A stretch of DNA of 64,000 nt from an uncultured Acidobacteriota bacterium. GTDB lineage: Bacteria; Acidobacteriota; UBA6911; RPQK01; JAPXNP01. Below the pieces are notes generated by a model. The model made no database searches, was not told the DNA's origin, and saw only the letters and a program-made list of their open reading frames with translations. Both the position numbers and the translations under genes were made by a program. Below, in pieces: positions 41,240 to 50,524 of the stretch (the stretch's first letter is position 1; each line of letters begins with the position of its first letter). The stretch lies in assembly GCA_963777605.1 (NCBI GenBank), contig CAVZRV010000031.1, positions 384,001 to 448,000 on the forward strand, given 5' to 3'.

Positions 41240-42274
41240 TTACAAAGCTTGATGTACCCACTCCACGACCGCATCGACATTGTCGAGAGGGGTCTGGGGC
41301 AAAAAGCCGTGCCCCAAATTGAAAATATGTCCTGCCCGGTCGCCGGCCTGTTCCAGCACGGAGAGGACTTTCTCCCTCAACACTTCGCGAGGGGCCATCA
41401 TCGCCGTCGGGTCGAGGTTGCCCTGAACGGCCCGATCGAAACCGATTCGCTCCCACGCCTGTCCCAGGGGGATCCTCCAGTCGACACCGATCACCGTGCC
41501 TCCGGCTTCTCTCAGGAGATCCAGGTACCCGGACGTGCCCGTTCCGAAGTGTATAACCGGGACGCCCAAAGACTCCAACCCTCTGAGGACTTTGGCCGAG
41601 TGCGGCAAGACGTAGCGCCGGTAGTCGTCAGGATCCAGGATTCCAACCCAGCTGTCGAAAAGCTGAACGGCCTGCGCACCGGCCTGGATCTGGGCCGTGA
41701 GATATCGTAGCGTCGATTCGCTCACCACGCCCATCAGCCGGTTCCAGCTTTCCGGGCGGTCGTACATCATCGACTTCGTGTGGAGAAAATGACGCGAGTG
41801 CCCTCCTTCAATCATGTAGCTGGCGATCGTAAACGGAGCACCGGCAAATCCAATCAGGGCTATCCGGGGCGGGAGCTCCTTGCGGACGATCTTGAGTGCC
41901 TCGAGGACGTATCCGAGCGATTCTTGTGGTTCGACCACGCGAAGTTTCGCGACATCGTCTCCTGACCTGACCGGGCAGAAGATCTGCGGTCCCTCCCCCG
42001 CAACGAAGTCAAAGTCCACTCCCATCGGGGGCAAAGGCAACAGGATATCGGCAAATATGATTGCCGCATCGAGGTCAAAACGCTTGATCGGCTGCAGGGT
42101 CACTTCGGCGGCCAGCTCCGGCGACCGGCACAGCTCGAGCATGCCGTACTTCTCGCGGAGTTTTCGGTACTCGGCCATGTAGCGTCCGGCCTGGCGCATG
42201 AACCAGACCGGCTTTCGATCGGCCGGAAGACGTTGACAGGCCTGGAGGAACGGGTACTCAGATGATGACATCAA
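41240..42274 (-). CDS. hemE: Uroporphyrinogen decarboxylase
   Basis: PVWFMRQAGRYM.EYR, DAAIIFADIL, GFAGAPFT, QLFDSW, QGNLDP, FNLGHG. Confidence 0.97.
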   Translation of the reverse strand: MMSSSEYPFLQACQRLPADRKPVWFMRQAGRYMAEYRKLREKYGMLELCRSPELAAEVTLQPIKRFDLDAAIIFADILLPLPPMGVDFDFVAGEGPQIFCPVRSGDDVAKLRVVEPQESLGYVLEALKIVRKELPPRIALIGFAGAPFTIASYMIEGGHSRHFLHTKSMMYDRPESWNRLMGVVSESTLRYLTAQIQAGAQAVQLFDSWVGILDPDDYRRYVLPHSAKVLRGLESLGVPVIHFGTGTSGYLDLLREAGGTVIGVDWRIPLGQAWERIGFDRAVQGNLDPTAMMAPREVLREKVLSVLEQAGDRAGHIFNLGHGFLPQTPLDNVDAVVEWVHQAL

Positions 42275-42398
42275 TCACCTCATTTCTGCTTTCGTCGGTG
42301 TTCTTTTTCGAGCCCCTATTCTGTCATATCCACCCCGATCCGCAGATTTCTCCAGTCGAACGTTTCTAGTAGGTGAAGGAAAGGGAAGGTGATCCGTC

Positions 42399-43943
42399 AT
42401 GCTCTGCAAAGTGAAAAGCGCTTCCGTTCTGGGGATATGCGCTCAATTGATTGATGTCGAAGTTGACCTTTCAGTCAGCCCCCAGCTGAATTACCACGTT
42501 GTCGGTCTCCCTGACACAGCGATCAAGGAGAGCGGGAAACGGGTCAAAGCGGCGATCAAGAACTGCGGTTTCGCTTTTCCCGGGTCGGGGAACCTGACCG
42601 TAAACCTGGCTCCCGCCGACTTCAAGAAGGAGGGAAGCTGCTTCGACCTCCCGATCGCCCTGGCGGTCCTGGGCATTATGGGACAGCTCGATCCGGCGAA
42701 TCTACAGGGGCGGGTCATCTCGGGAGAGTTGTCCCTCGACGGGAGGGTCAGGCCCATTCGGGGAGCACTGCCGGTCGCACTGGGGGCCGTCTCGGAGGGC
42801 TACGAGCGTGCCATTCTTCCCGCCGACAATGTCTGTGAAGCCTCGGTTGTCCAGGGCATCGACGTCTACGCCGCCGAATCGCTGGGTCAGGTCCTGCAGC
42901 TTCTGATGGGGCAGATCGAGCAGCAAGCGATCAAGGCCGATCCCGAACGTCTGTTCGCCCACCAGTGGACCGGGCAGCCCGACTTCTTCGAGGTGAAAGG
43001 TCAGCAGTCCGCCAAGCGCGCACTCGAGGTCGCTACTGCCGGCGGGCACAACCTCCTCCTGATCGGCCCTCCGGGTGCGGGGAAGACCATGCTGGCGAAG
43101 CGGATCCCCTCGATCATCCCGCCGATGACCTTCGACGAAGCGCTTGAGACGACGGCGGTTCACAGTGTCTGCGGGCTTCTGAACGGGTCAAGCCAGTTCG
43201 TCTCCCAGCGCCCCTTCCGGGCTCCTCACCACACCATCAGCACGGCGGGACTGGTAGGCGGGAGTTCGATGCCCCGGCCCGGCGAGGTCAGCCTCGCCCA
43301 CAACGGCGTCCTTTTCCTGGACGAACTCCCCGAGTTTCAACGCCACGTCCTGGAAGTTCTCCGCCAGCCCCTGGAAGAGGGTAGTGTCACGATCAGCCGT
43401 GCCGCGCGAACTCTCACCTTCCCGGCCGATTTCATCCTGGTGGCGGCCATGAACCCCTGCCCGTGCGGTTACTACAACAGCGTCCTGAAGCAATGTGTCT
43501 GCACCCCGCTGCAGGTGCACCGCTACCTGTCGAGGATCTCGGGTCCGCTCCTGGATCGCATCGACCTCCACGTCGATGTTCCGGAAGTCAAGTACAAGCA
43601 ACTGACGAGCGCCCCCGACGGAGAACACTCCCGGGAAGTGGCAGAGAGAGTCGCAGAGGCACGCGTCCGCCAGATGAAGCGATTCGAAGAAACCGGAATC
43701 CTGTCGAACTCCCAGATGGGCCCCCGTCACATCCAGACCTGCTGCAGCCTGAACGACAGCGCCCGCCGGCACCTTGAAGACGCCATCGAAAACCTGGCTC
43801 TTTCAGCCCGGGCCTACGACCGAATACTGAAAGTGGCCCGAACCATCGCCGACCTGGCAGCCATGGACCAGATCCTTCCCGAGCACGTCTCCGAGGCAAT
43901 CCAGTACCGCTCCCTCGACCGCAATTTCTGGGAGAGTGGCTGA
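42399..43943 (+). CDS. comM: YifB/ComM Mg-chelatase-like AAA+ ATPase
   Basis: VGLPD, NLAPAD, GPPGAGKT, RPFRAPHH, PGEVSLAHNGVLFLDE, AAMNPCPCG, SGPLLDRID. Confidence 0.95.
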   Translation: MLCKVKSASVLGICAQLIDVEVDLSVSPQLNYHVVGLPDTAIKESGKRVKAAIKNCGFAFPGSGNLTVNLAPADFKKEGSCFDLPIALAVLGIMGQLDPANLQGRVISGELSLDGRVRPIRGALPVALGAVSEGYERAILPADNVCEASVVQGIDVYAAESLGQVLQLLMGQIEQQAIKADPERLFAHQWTGQPDFFEVKGQQSAKRALEVATAGGHNLLLIGPPGAGKTMLAKRIPSIIPPMTFDEALETTAVHSVCGLLNGSSQFVSQRPFRAPHHTISTAGLVGGSSMPRPGEVSLAHNGVLFLDELPEFQRHVLEVLRQPLEEGSVTISRAARTLTFPADFILVAAMNPCPCGYYNSVLKQCVCTPLQVHRYLSRISGPLLDRIDLHVDVPEVKYKQLTSAPDGEHSREVAERVAEARVRQMKRFEETGILSNSQMGPRHIQTCCSLNDSARRHLEDAIENLALSARAYDRILKVARTIADLAAMDQILPEHVSEAIQYRSLDRNFWESG

Positions 43944-44060
43944 TGAATTCGGTGACACGCCCCAAATCGAACCGCAACTACCCGCCCAATCTGACTTTTT
44001 CCACAGGCCTGGCACTAATTACAGTGGCTTTTCGGCACCCCTGAAAGCGAGGTTAAAGCA

Positions 44061-44726
44061 ATGCCAAGGAAACCGCGCATCATCCTCCCGGGATTCCCCC
44101 ACCACGTCACCCATCGGGGAAACCGCCGGGCACCAATCTTCTGCGACGACAACGACCGGAGGTTCTACCTGAACAAGTTCAAGAGGTATGCGAAGAAGTA
44201 CGAAGTACGAATCTACAGCTACTCCTTGATGCCCAACCATGTTCACCACATCTCTGTTCCGGGAACAGAGTCGGCGCTGTCGTGTTGTCTCCACGACCTC
44301 CACGGGGTCTATGCGGATTATTTCAACCTCAAGTATGGTCTGGTCGGGCACCTCTGGCAGGAGCGGTTCTTTGCCTGCGTCCTCGACGACTCCCACCTCT
44401 GGAACGCCGTCCGCTACGTGGAGACAAACGCAGTTCGGGCAGGGATCGTGGTCCGAGCCGAGGACTATCGTTGGTCGAGTGCACGGGACCACTGCGGACT
44501 TGCGAAGGATCCACTGCTCGATCCTCAGTTTCCACCCGACGGCTTGATTCCGGATTGGGCGGAATGGCTGGTCACGGGGCTCGAAGAAACCGAGATCACC
44601 AGAATCCGGAAAGCGACCCGGACTGGGGTTCCATACGCGACCGACTCGTTCATTCGGGAGTTGGAACGCATCTTCAGCGCACGGCTGCTTCCCCGCAAAC
44701 GAGGCCGACGGCCACGTTCGCGGTGA
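44061..44726 (+). mobile_element. rayT: REP-associated tyrosine transposase (RAYT, Y1 HUH)
   Basis: MPRKPR..HHVTHRGN, LMPNHVH (HUH), GHLWQERF, RYVETNAVRAG, YRWSS. Confidence 0.9.
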
Positions 44727-45348
44727 CGTGATCAAACCGTCTGGATGCGGACGAGCCCAAGTCGGGACGACCGGAATCACTCGACACGCGCTTTTAAGCC
44801 GTCAAGACTGCTTGCGCGTATACGAGAAGCCCCTCTTCAGACCAGCACCTCGGGTTAGGGATAGTAGCCCTCTCTGAAGTCTGCGTCCCTGATGAATACG
44901 CCGCCTGGTACCCGCTCGGATTCAACCTGAAATTCACTGTCAATCTGCGAGACCTCGACGCCGCCTCCAACAAGGCGGTTCCAAGCAATCGGCGCGTGCC
45001 AGACAGCAGGGAGACCTGAATCAGATGCCAAACGAATAAACATGAGGAAGTAACTGGACGAGGCCATCTTCAGATCGATAAAACAGAGTCTTGAAGCCTC
45101 GGTCCAACAAAACTTGCCCGATTTGATATTCCCCATCGTCTCGCTGGGAACTCTGGCCTCACAGACCTCCAGTCGCAGGCCTCTGCACCAAGGTGCGCTA
45201 CCCGAAAGTTGCCGGTGTCGAGCGGCGCAAGATGGCTGAAACCACTTGCGGCCGAAACCAAGCATGTAGCTGAGCTGTCAGCAGAAAGGTAGCGAACCTC
45301 TCCAAAGTGTGCATGTCCGGCACCCAGAAGTCTGGGCGAGCTTAATGC

Positions 45349-45534
45349 AATTCGCTGACACGCCCCAAATCAAAACGCAAGAGCCCGTTCAATCTGACTT
45401 TTCCCACAGTTCGAGCACTAGTTACAGTGTCCTTTTGCCACGCCTGAAAGCAAGGCTAAAGCAATGCCTGGAAAACCGCGCATCGTTCTCCCGGGCTTTC
45501 CCCACCACGTTACCCATCGGGGAAACCGCCGGGC
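45349..45534 (+). pseudogene. Diverged second copy of the RAYT leader plus first ~23 codons
   Basis: Aligns to 43946-44132; ATG at 45464 reads MPGKPRIVLPGFPHHVTHRGNRRA*. Confidence 0.8.
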
Positions 45535-45559
45535 ATAATCCGTTCAGCCAGCAAGCTCG

Positions 45560-45634
45560 AATTAGGTGCCAGACCTCAAAGAAAACTCTTTATTCGCGGA
45601 CGTTACAGGCTGAAAAGGTGCGTGTCACCTATTT
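45560..45634. repeat. Inverted pair of RAYT-associated palindromes
   Basis: AATTAGGTGCCAGACCTCAAA (45560) and AAAAGGTGCGTGTCACCTATTT (45613-45634; reverse complement AAATAGGTGACACGCACCTTTT) resemble 43946 and 45349. Confidence 0.6.
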
Positions 45635-46056
45635 CTAAGCGTGGCCTGGAGGTGGATATCGACACCGGTCAGGGCTTTCGAAACCGGGCACCCCTGCTTG
45701 GCACGTTCGGCAAAGTCATTGAACGTTTTCTGATCGATGCCCTCAACCGTTCCGACTGTTTCCAAACGGATCCGGCTGATCCGAAAACCCGACTCCCCTT
45801 TCACCAGGTGAACAGCAGCCTTAGTCTCGATGCGAGTCGGCGTGTGACCCGACTGGGCCAGCTCGTGCGAAAGAGCCATGGAAAAGCAGCCGGCGTGAGC
45901 CGCCCCGATCAACTCCTCAGGGCTCGTACCCGGTTTCTCGTCAAACCGGGAGGCAGCTGAGAATTCTGCCTTCAGCACGCCACTTTCTCCCTCCATGCCA
46001 CCTTTTCCACCGAAAAGATCGCCTTCCCAAAACGCCGAAGCCTTGTGGATAGCCAT
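45625..46056 (-). CDS. osmC: OsmC-family peroxiredoxin
   Basis: W.G.L..G.G, GTSPEELIGAAHAGCFSMAL, AKQGCPVSKAL. Confidence 0.93.
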   Translation of the reverse strand: MAIHKASAFWEGDLFGGKGGMEGESGVLKAEFSAASRFDEKPGTSPEELIGAAHAGCFSMALSHELAQSGHTPTRIETKAAVHLVKGESGFRISRIRLETVGTVEGIDQKTFNDFAERAKQGCPVSKALTGVDIHLQATLRNR

Positions 46057-46187
46057 CTGTCCTTCCCTTCTAGCCAGGAACTGATCTGCGTGTCCTGACT
46101 GGATTACCTCTCTGGTCGAAGCCGGCATTACCCCTTGGCTAAAGGTTGAAATCAGCCGATTTCCCGCGCCGGTTCCAATCGAGAGAC

Positions 46188-46508
46188 CTACTTATCAATC
46201 AGGTTTTTCAACTTTCTCGCCATTACGTCAAAGGCATCGTGGATGAGCGGTTCCAGCGAATCGGGAGCACCGTTTGACCCGTCGCCCTTCATGACCACGA
46301 GTTCGTGACCGGGCGGAACCGTCAGGTCGATGCGCACCCGGTACGGGTTCGAGGCATGCCCTTCCTTGTGCTGCCTTTCGACTGCGATCCTGCATCCTGA
46401 GATGTGATCGCAGAAGTGTTCCAGTTTTTCGACTTTCTTGGTAATAAGCAACCTTATCCGATCGTCCGGCTCAATGTGCCGAAAACTCAGTTCAAGTGGT
46501 TTCTGCAT
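46188..46508 (-). CDS. HPF/RaiA-family ribosome-associated protein (short)
   Basis: MQKPLELSFRHI..KLEHFCDHISGCRIAVE..YRVRIDLTVPPGHELV..DAFD..RKL. Confidence 0.8.
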   Translation of the reverse strand: MQKPLELSFRHIEPDDRIRLLITKKVEKLEHFCDHISGCRIAVERQHKEGHASNPYRVRIDLTVPPGHELVVMKGDGSNGAPDSLEPLIHDAFDVMARKLKNLIDK

Positions 46509-46835
46509 CTCAAATCCTCGTATCTGATGATTTCACTGTCCTGGCCCGTCCTCGACGTCGAATCGGGCAACGAGCGATTTCCCATAGGTTATCAGTTTCA
46601 ACCCGCTCTCTTCACTTGAGACTGCACTTGATAATAGACGATTTCTCCTTGCTGGCTGATCAACTCCCGGCCACCGTCGATTCGCCACATCGAGAACTCA
46701 AAGTCCGGCTGCCGGCGCCCGTCGATGGCAATGCACTCAACCGTTACTTTTCGGCAGGACGCCGGAAGCAATTGAGATAGAATTGCACTCACCGGGGACC
46801 GATTCCGGACCCCACCACACCTGCGAGGTAACGTT

Positions 46836-47330
46836 ATGGGACACTGGCATCAACTGGCGCGTCGGCACTCCAAACGGCTCATCCTGATTCTGGGCGGATT
46901 GTTAATCCTGATTCCAGCCGTCGTGAGGGGCCAGGACCTGAAGACGTCTCGCGGGCAGACGGTTTACATCCCGGTTTACTCTCACATTTATAGCGGCGAT
47001 CGTGAACAGGCGTTCAATCTCGCTGTGACGGTCAGTATTCGCAACACCGACCCCGACAACAGCCTGACCCTGACCGCAGTCGAGTACTATGACTCAGGCG
47101 GCAAACTCCTGAAACAGTACCTGGAAGACCCGATCGACCTGCCTCGGCTGGCCTCGAAGCGGTATGTCATCGCCGAATCGGACATTCTCGGCGGCTCCGG
47201 AGCAAGTTTCCTGGTCAGATGGGAATCAACCCAGGCGCTGAGCCCTCCAATAATGGAGTCGATCATGATCGGAACCAAGAATCAGCAGGGAATTTCGTTC
47301 CTGACACGAGGTCAGGCCGTCAGGGAATAG
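46836..47330 (+). CDS. DUF3124 domain protein
   Basis: GQTVYIPVYSHIY, LAVTVSIRNTD, YYDSGG, GGSGASFLVRW, GISF. Confidence 0.88.
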   Translation: MGHWHQLARRHSKRLILILGGLLILIPAVVRGQDLKTSRGQTVYIPVYSHIYSGDREQAFNLAVTVSIRNTDPDNSLTLTAVEYYDSGGKLLKQYLEDPIDLPRLASKRYVIAESDILGGSGASFLVRWESTQALSPPIMESIMIGTKNQQGISFLTRGQAVRE

Positions 47331-47498
47331 CCCGCACCCACCCGCACGCACGATTCTTGCCGATCTGATTTCGGCGGGGGTTCCGGCCGGGGCCTCCACG
47401 TCGAACGACCCGACGCATCGGTTTCTTCGGAAACGGGTACGGATCTCTGCGCGTATAGGACGGCGCACGCGCCCTTGAATTCCGGGCAGAAGAGGCGG

Positions 47499-47972
47499 AT
47501 GAAAGCGATGAGACTGTTCCGATTTGAACGAACCCAGATCCTTCCGGTAACGCTTGACGAAGCCTGGAGCTTCTTCTCCGACCCGAGGAACCTGGTCAAG
47601 ATCACCCCTCCGAGCCTCAACCTTGCACCGAGCGGGACGCTACCCGAGGCAATGCATCCCGGGATGATTGTCACGTACAAGGTAAAGGTTCTTCCCGGTC
47701 TCCCCATGACCTGGATCACCGAGATCACGCATGTCGAGGCTCCCCACTTCTTCGTTGACGAACAGCGCTTTGGACCTTACCGTTTCTGGCATCACCTGCA
47801 TCGCTTCACCCCGTTCGATGGAGGCGTCACCGCGGAAGACCTCGTCCACTACGGACTCCACGGCGGACCGCTCGCGAGCGCCGTCAACAAGACCTTCGTC
47901 CTCCCGCAGTTGCGGGGAATTTTCGAATTCCGCCGCCAGTCTCTCGAAGAGCGTTTCGGCGTCGTGGCATAA
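47499..47972 (+). CDS. SRPBCC-family protein
   Basis: AWSFFSDPRNLVKITPP, WITEIT, FVDEQRFGPYRFWHHLHRF, IFEFR. Confidence 0.88.
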   Translation: MKAMRLFRFERTQILPVTLDEAWSFFSDPRNLVKITPPSLNLAPSGTLPEAMHPGMIVTYKVKVLPGLPMTWITEITHVEAPHFFVDEQRFGPYRFWHHLHRFTPFDGGVTAEDLVHYGLHGGPLASAVNKTFVLPQLRGIFEFRRQSLEERFGVVA

Positions 47973-48010
47973 CTGCCGTCACCTTCCCCGCCACACCGGC
48001 AACAGGATCA

Positions 48011-48199
48011 ATGATTGCGGGGGTTACGCCCGACATCGTCATAGACAACCTTCCGAGGGAGACCTTTGACGGAAAGGATGCCCAATTGGAGGCGGCAGTC
48101 CTGTACCTCCTCGACGACCTGAGTCGTCATCCCGTCACGATTCCGGAGGTCCCCTCGTACAAAACGAATCCCAACCCGGCGCCGCTGAAGCAGCGTTAA
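48011..48199 (+). pseudogene. Orphan C-terminal fragment of a tricorn-like S41 peptidase
   Basis: GVTPDIVIDNLPRETFDGKDAQLEAAV..HPV..P.Y resembles the S41/tricorn C-terminus; no room for the rest of the gene. Confidence 0.6.
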
Positions 48200-48287
48200 C
48201 AGTCTGGTTGCCTCCGGTTTCCAGCCGGCTCCTGAGACAGTTTAACGAGCCACCCGGGGGCACTCCGGGCCAGCGGTAAACGCCGGG

Positions 48288-48776
48288 CTACTCTCTCAGA
48301 GAGTAACTGGTGTTCGGCCCGCCTCCATGGCGGCGAATCTTGCCTGAATCGAGCAATTCGTTCACTCTCAGGTTCCACACCGTCGGGCTCACCTTCGACT
48401 CGGCCAGGATCTCGGCTTTGGACCGGGGTGCCCCGCGGCCCTGCAGTGCCCGGACAATTCGGTCTCGCGCCTGGGCCGGGGAGATCCGGGCACGGGACGG
48501 CCGAGGCATCCCCGAGTTCCCACGGGAACCAGAAAACTCCAGGGAGAGGTGATTCTGCTTGCGATGTACTCGAACTCGCACGTCGATCCCTTCGAGCGAG
48601 GCAACGTACAGGATCGCGGCGCGCACCTTCCAGGGCTTCTCCCGCTTGTCCAGATCGTAGAAGACGTTATTTCCGTCGGACGCACTCCGGGCTTCCGTCA
48701 GCAGTTTCCTGTAAGCGCCGTACTCATCTCGGGTTACGGGCGGCTTGCTCTTTGGCTCGATTCTGAGTTTTCCCAA
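48288..48776 (-). CDS. Basic hypothetical protein with a C-terminal winged-helix-like domain
   Basis: TTG start with GGGAGGA RBS; RIVRAL..SKAEILAESKVSPTVWNLRVNELLDSGKIRRHG...Y. Confidence 0.65.
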   Translation of the reverse strand: MGKLRIEPKSKPPVTRDEYGAYRKLLTEARSASDGNNVFYDLDKREKPWKVRAAILYVASLEGIDVRVRVHRKQNHLSLEFSGSRGNSGMPRPSRARISPAQARDRIVRALQGRGAPRSKAEILAESKVSPTVWNLRVNELLDSGKIRRHGGGPNTSYSLRE

Positions 48777-48875
48777 CGCTATCCTCCCAGGGATCGTCGA
48801 TTGCGATGGGTGATGTTACTCCTGGAGACCGGAGACATTCGGTGACGACTGCCACCAAGTGAAGAAAACAGAGTC

Positions 48876-50333
48876 TCAAGGCGAGGGCCGGACTGGCGGC
48901 AACCGGTCTTCACTGACCCTTCCTGTGCCGGAAGAGGCAAGCCGGCCGGGCGGGCCGTACTGCTCTGAAGCGTCATCTATAACCAGGGCCCAGTCGTCCC
49001 GACTGGGAGGCGTCAATTCAATTAAGGAGGAGGAGTCCCGGTTTCCTGCGTTGAGGGCCAACCCATTCCTGGGATCGAACCACCAGAGTTGAATCCGAGC
49101 AGCCGAGATTGCAGAAACATCGACTGTCACCGGTTCTCCGGAGGGCAGATAAACAAGTGCGAAGTCACCGGTTTCAGAAATCGCACTCTGGATTCTCCGA
49201 TCGGCCGCCCGAGCCTCGCTGGAAGACTGCACCAGTCGGCCCTCGATGTCGGGCTCCAGCTTCTGCCAGGGTCGAGAACGGAAGAAGTCGCCCGCCAGAC
49301 TCAAATAGTAGGATCCAGGCGAGTTCAAGGCCTTCTTCCAGTCCGTGCCGCAAAACCAGAGAGGACGGTTGCCGAAGAAATCCCCCGCCGCTCCGGCAAG
49401 CACTGCCTGGTAGGGAAACTTCCGGATATCGTCTGCTGTCTTGCGCCCGAAGTCGTCCTCGTAGTGAGTCTCGATCAGGATCACCGGCTTGGCCGGCAGA
49501 TGACTGCGCACCCGACCCACCCGTTCCGCAACCGGACCGTAGGTATACGCGGTATAGAGATCGACCCAATCCTCACCGAACGGTGCCCAGGGGTCGATTT
49601 CCGGCGCCCAGTGCACCGTGTGCAGCATTTCCGGCGCCGCATCGGCGATCCCATCACGAACCGCTTTGACCTCCCGACGCGCCTCATCCGGGATTCGGTC
49701 ACCGCCGTGGACCCAGATCAGGTTCTTGCGCTCCCGGTAACGGGCGCCGATCCATCGCCCGTATTGGCCGGCCCGGTCAACTCCGTTCTTCTGGAGAAGC
49801 CCCAGGTAACCATCGTCGCAGCACCCCAGATAGATTGGAAAGAAAAAGACGAGGAAACCCTCCTCCTCCGTCTTCTCGACTACCCGATCGACGTGTTCCC
49901 AATAACTCTCGTCAGGCCTGGTGAGGTCGTCGTCGAGAAATGGCTGATGTCCGTAGCGGTCGGGAGGATAGTCGTGCTGGCCGTCGGGGCCATAGGCATC
50001 CGGAGCCGAGACAATCAGGGAGTTGAAGCCGCGAGTCCGGCGGTCGTCCAGGTAGGCCACCGCTTCCTCAAAGGTCAGGTTGTGCGTCAGAGACCAGGGC
50101 GTGTCGCCATGCACGAAGAACGGAACTCCCTCCTGGTCCTCCAGGTAATGGCCATTGGAGCTGACAGCCAGAGGAAACACCGCTCTGCGAGGGGTTATCC
50201 CCCAGGCCTGCGCCGCTGCTGCGTCTTCCGCCCCTCCCGACGTCCCGGCAGGGGAGCAGGACACCAGCCAGAAAAACCCGAGTCCGAGGGCCACCCACGT
50301 CCACTTCGCCGCGTTCACGCTGCCTCCCGACAA
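48876..50333 (-). CDS. DUF4038 (GH140/apiosidase-like) lipoprotein with C-terminal collagen-binding-like domain
   Basis: PFFVHGDTPW, YL.DRR.RGFN, NLIWVHGGD, KPVILIETHYE, WFDPRNG, DWALVI; lipobox LVSC. Confidence 0.8.
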   Translation of the reverse strand: MSGGSVNAAKWTWVALGLGFFWLVSCSPAGTSGGAEDAAAAQAWGITPRRAVFPLAVSSNGHYLEDQEGVPFFVHGDTPWSLTHNLTFEEAVAYLDDRRTRGFNSLIVSAPDAYGPDGQHDYPPDRYGHQPFLDDDLTRPDESYWEHVDRVVEKTEEEGFLVFFFPIYLGCCDDGYLGLLQKNGVDRAGQYGRWIGARYRERKNLIWVHGGDRIPDEARREVKAVRDGIADAAPEMLHTVHWAPEIDPWAPFGEDWVDLYTAYTYGPVAERVGRVRSHLPAKPVILIETHYEDDFGRKTADDIRKFPYQAVLAGAAGDFFGNRPLWFCGTDWKKALNSPGSYYLSLAGDFFRSRPWQKLEPDIEGRLVQSSSEARAADRRIQSAISETGDFALVYLPSGEPVTVDVSAISAARIQLWWFDPRNGLALNAGNRDSSSLIELTPPSRDDWALVIDDASEQYGPPGRLASSGTGRVSEDRLPPVRPSP

Positions 50334-50524
50334 CTCTTTTCGACGGGAACCGAAAGGTGGAACGCTCCCCTACGCCGGCGCAAGCCACCCCACGGCTGCC
50401 TTGACTCAAGATTAAATCCGGATGAATAAAGCAATGACACTCACTCATACTGGACGCCGTCAGAGGAGTCAATCAATAATGTCGGCAGTATTCAAGAGGC
50501 CCGAATCCCGGTCAGGAAAGGAAA

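Noticed and set aside
42399-43943. comM as an interrupted integration hotspot
   Set aside because: The ORF is full length and intact; no integrase or att duplication nearby
46598-46792. 64-aa ORF with faint dodecin-like GEIVYYQV
   Set aside because: The rest does not fit the family, there is no clear RBS, and it lies in a divergent promoter gap
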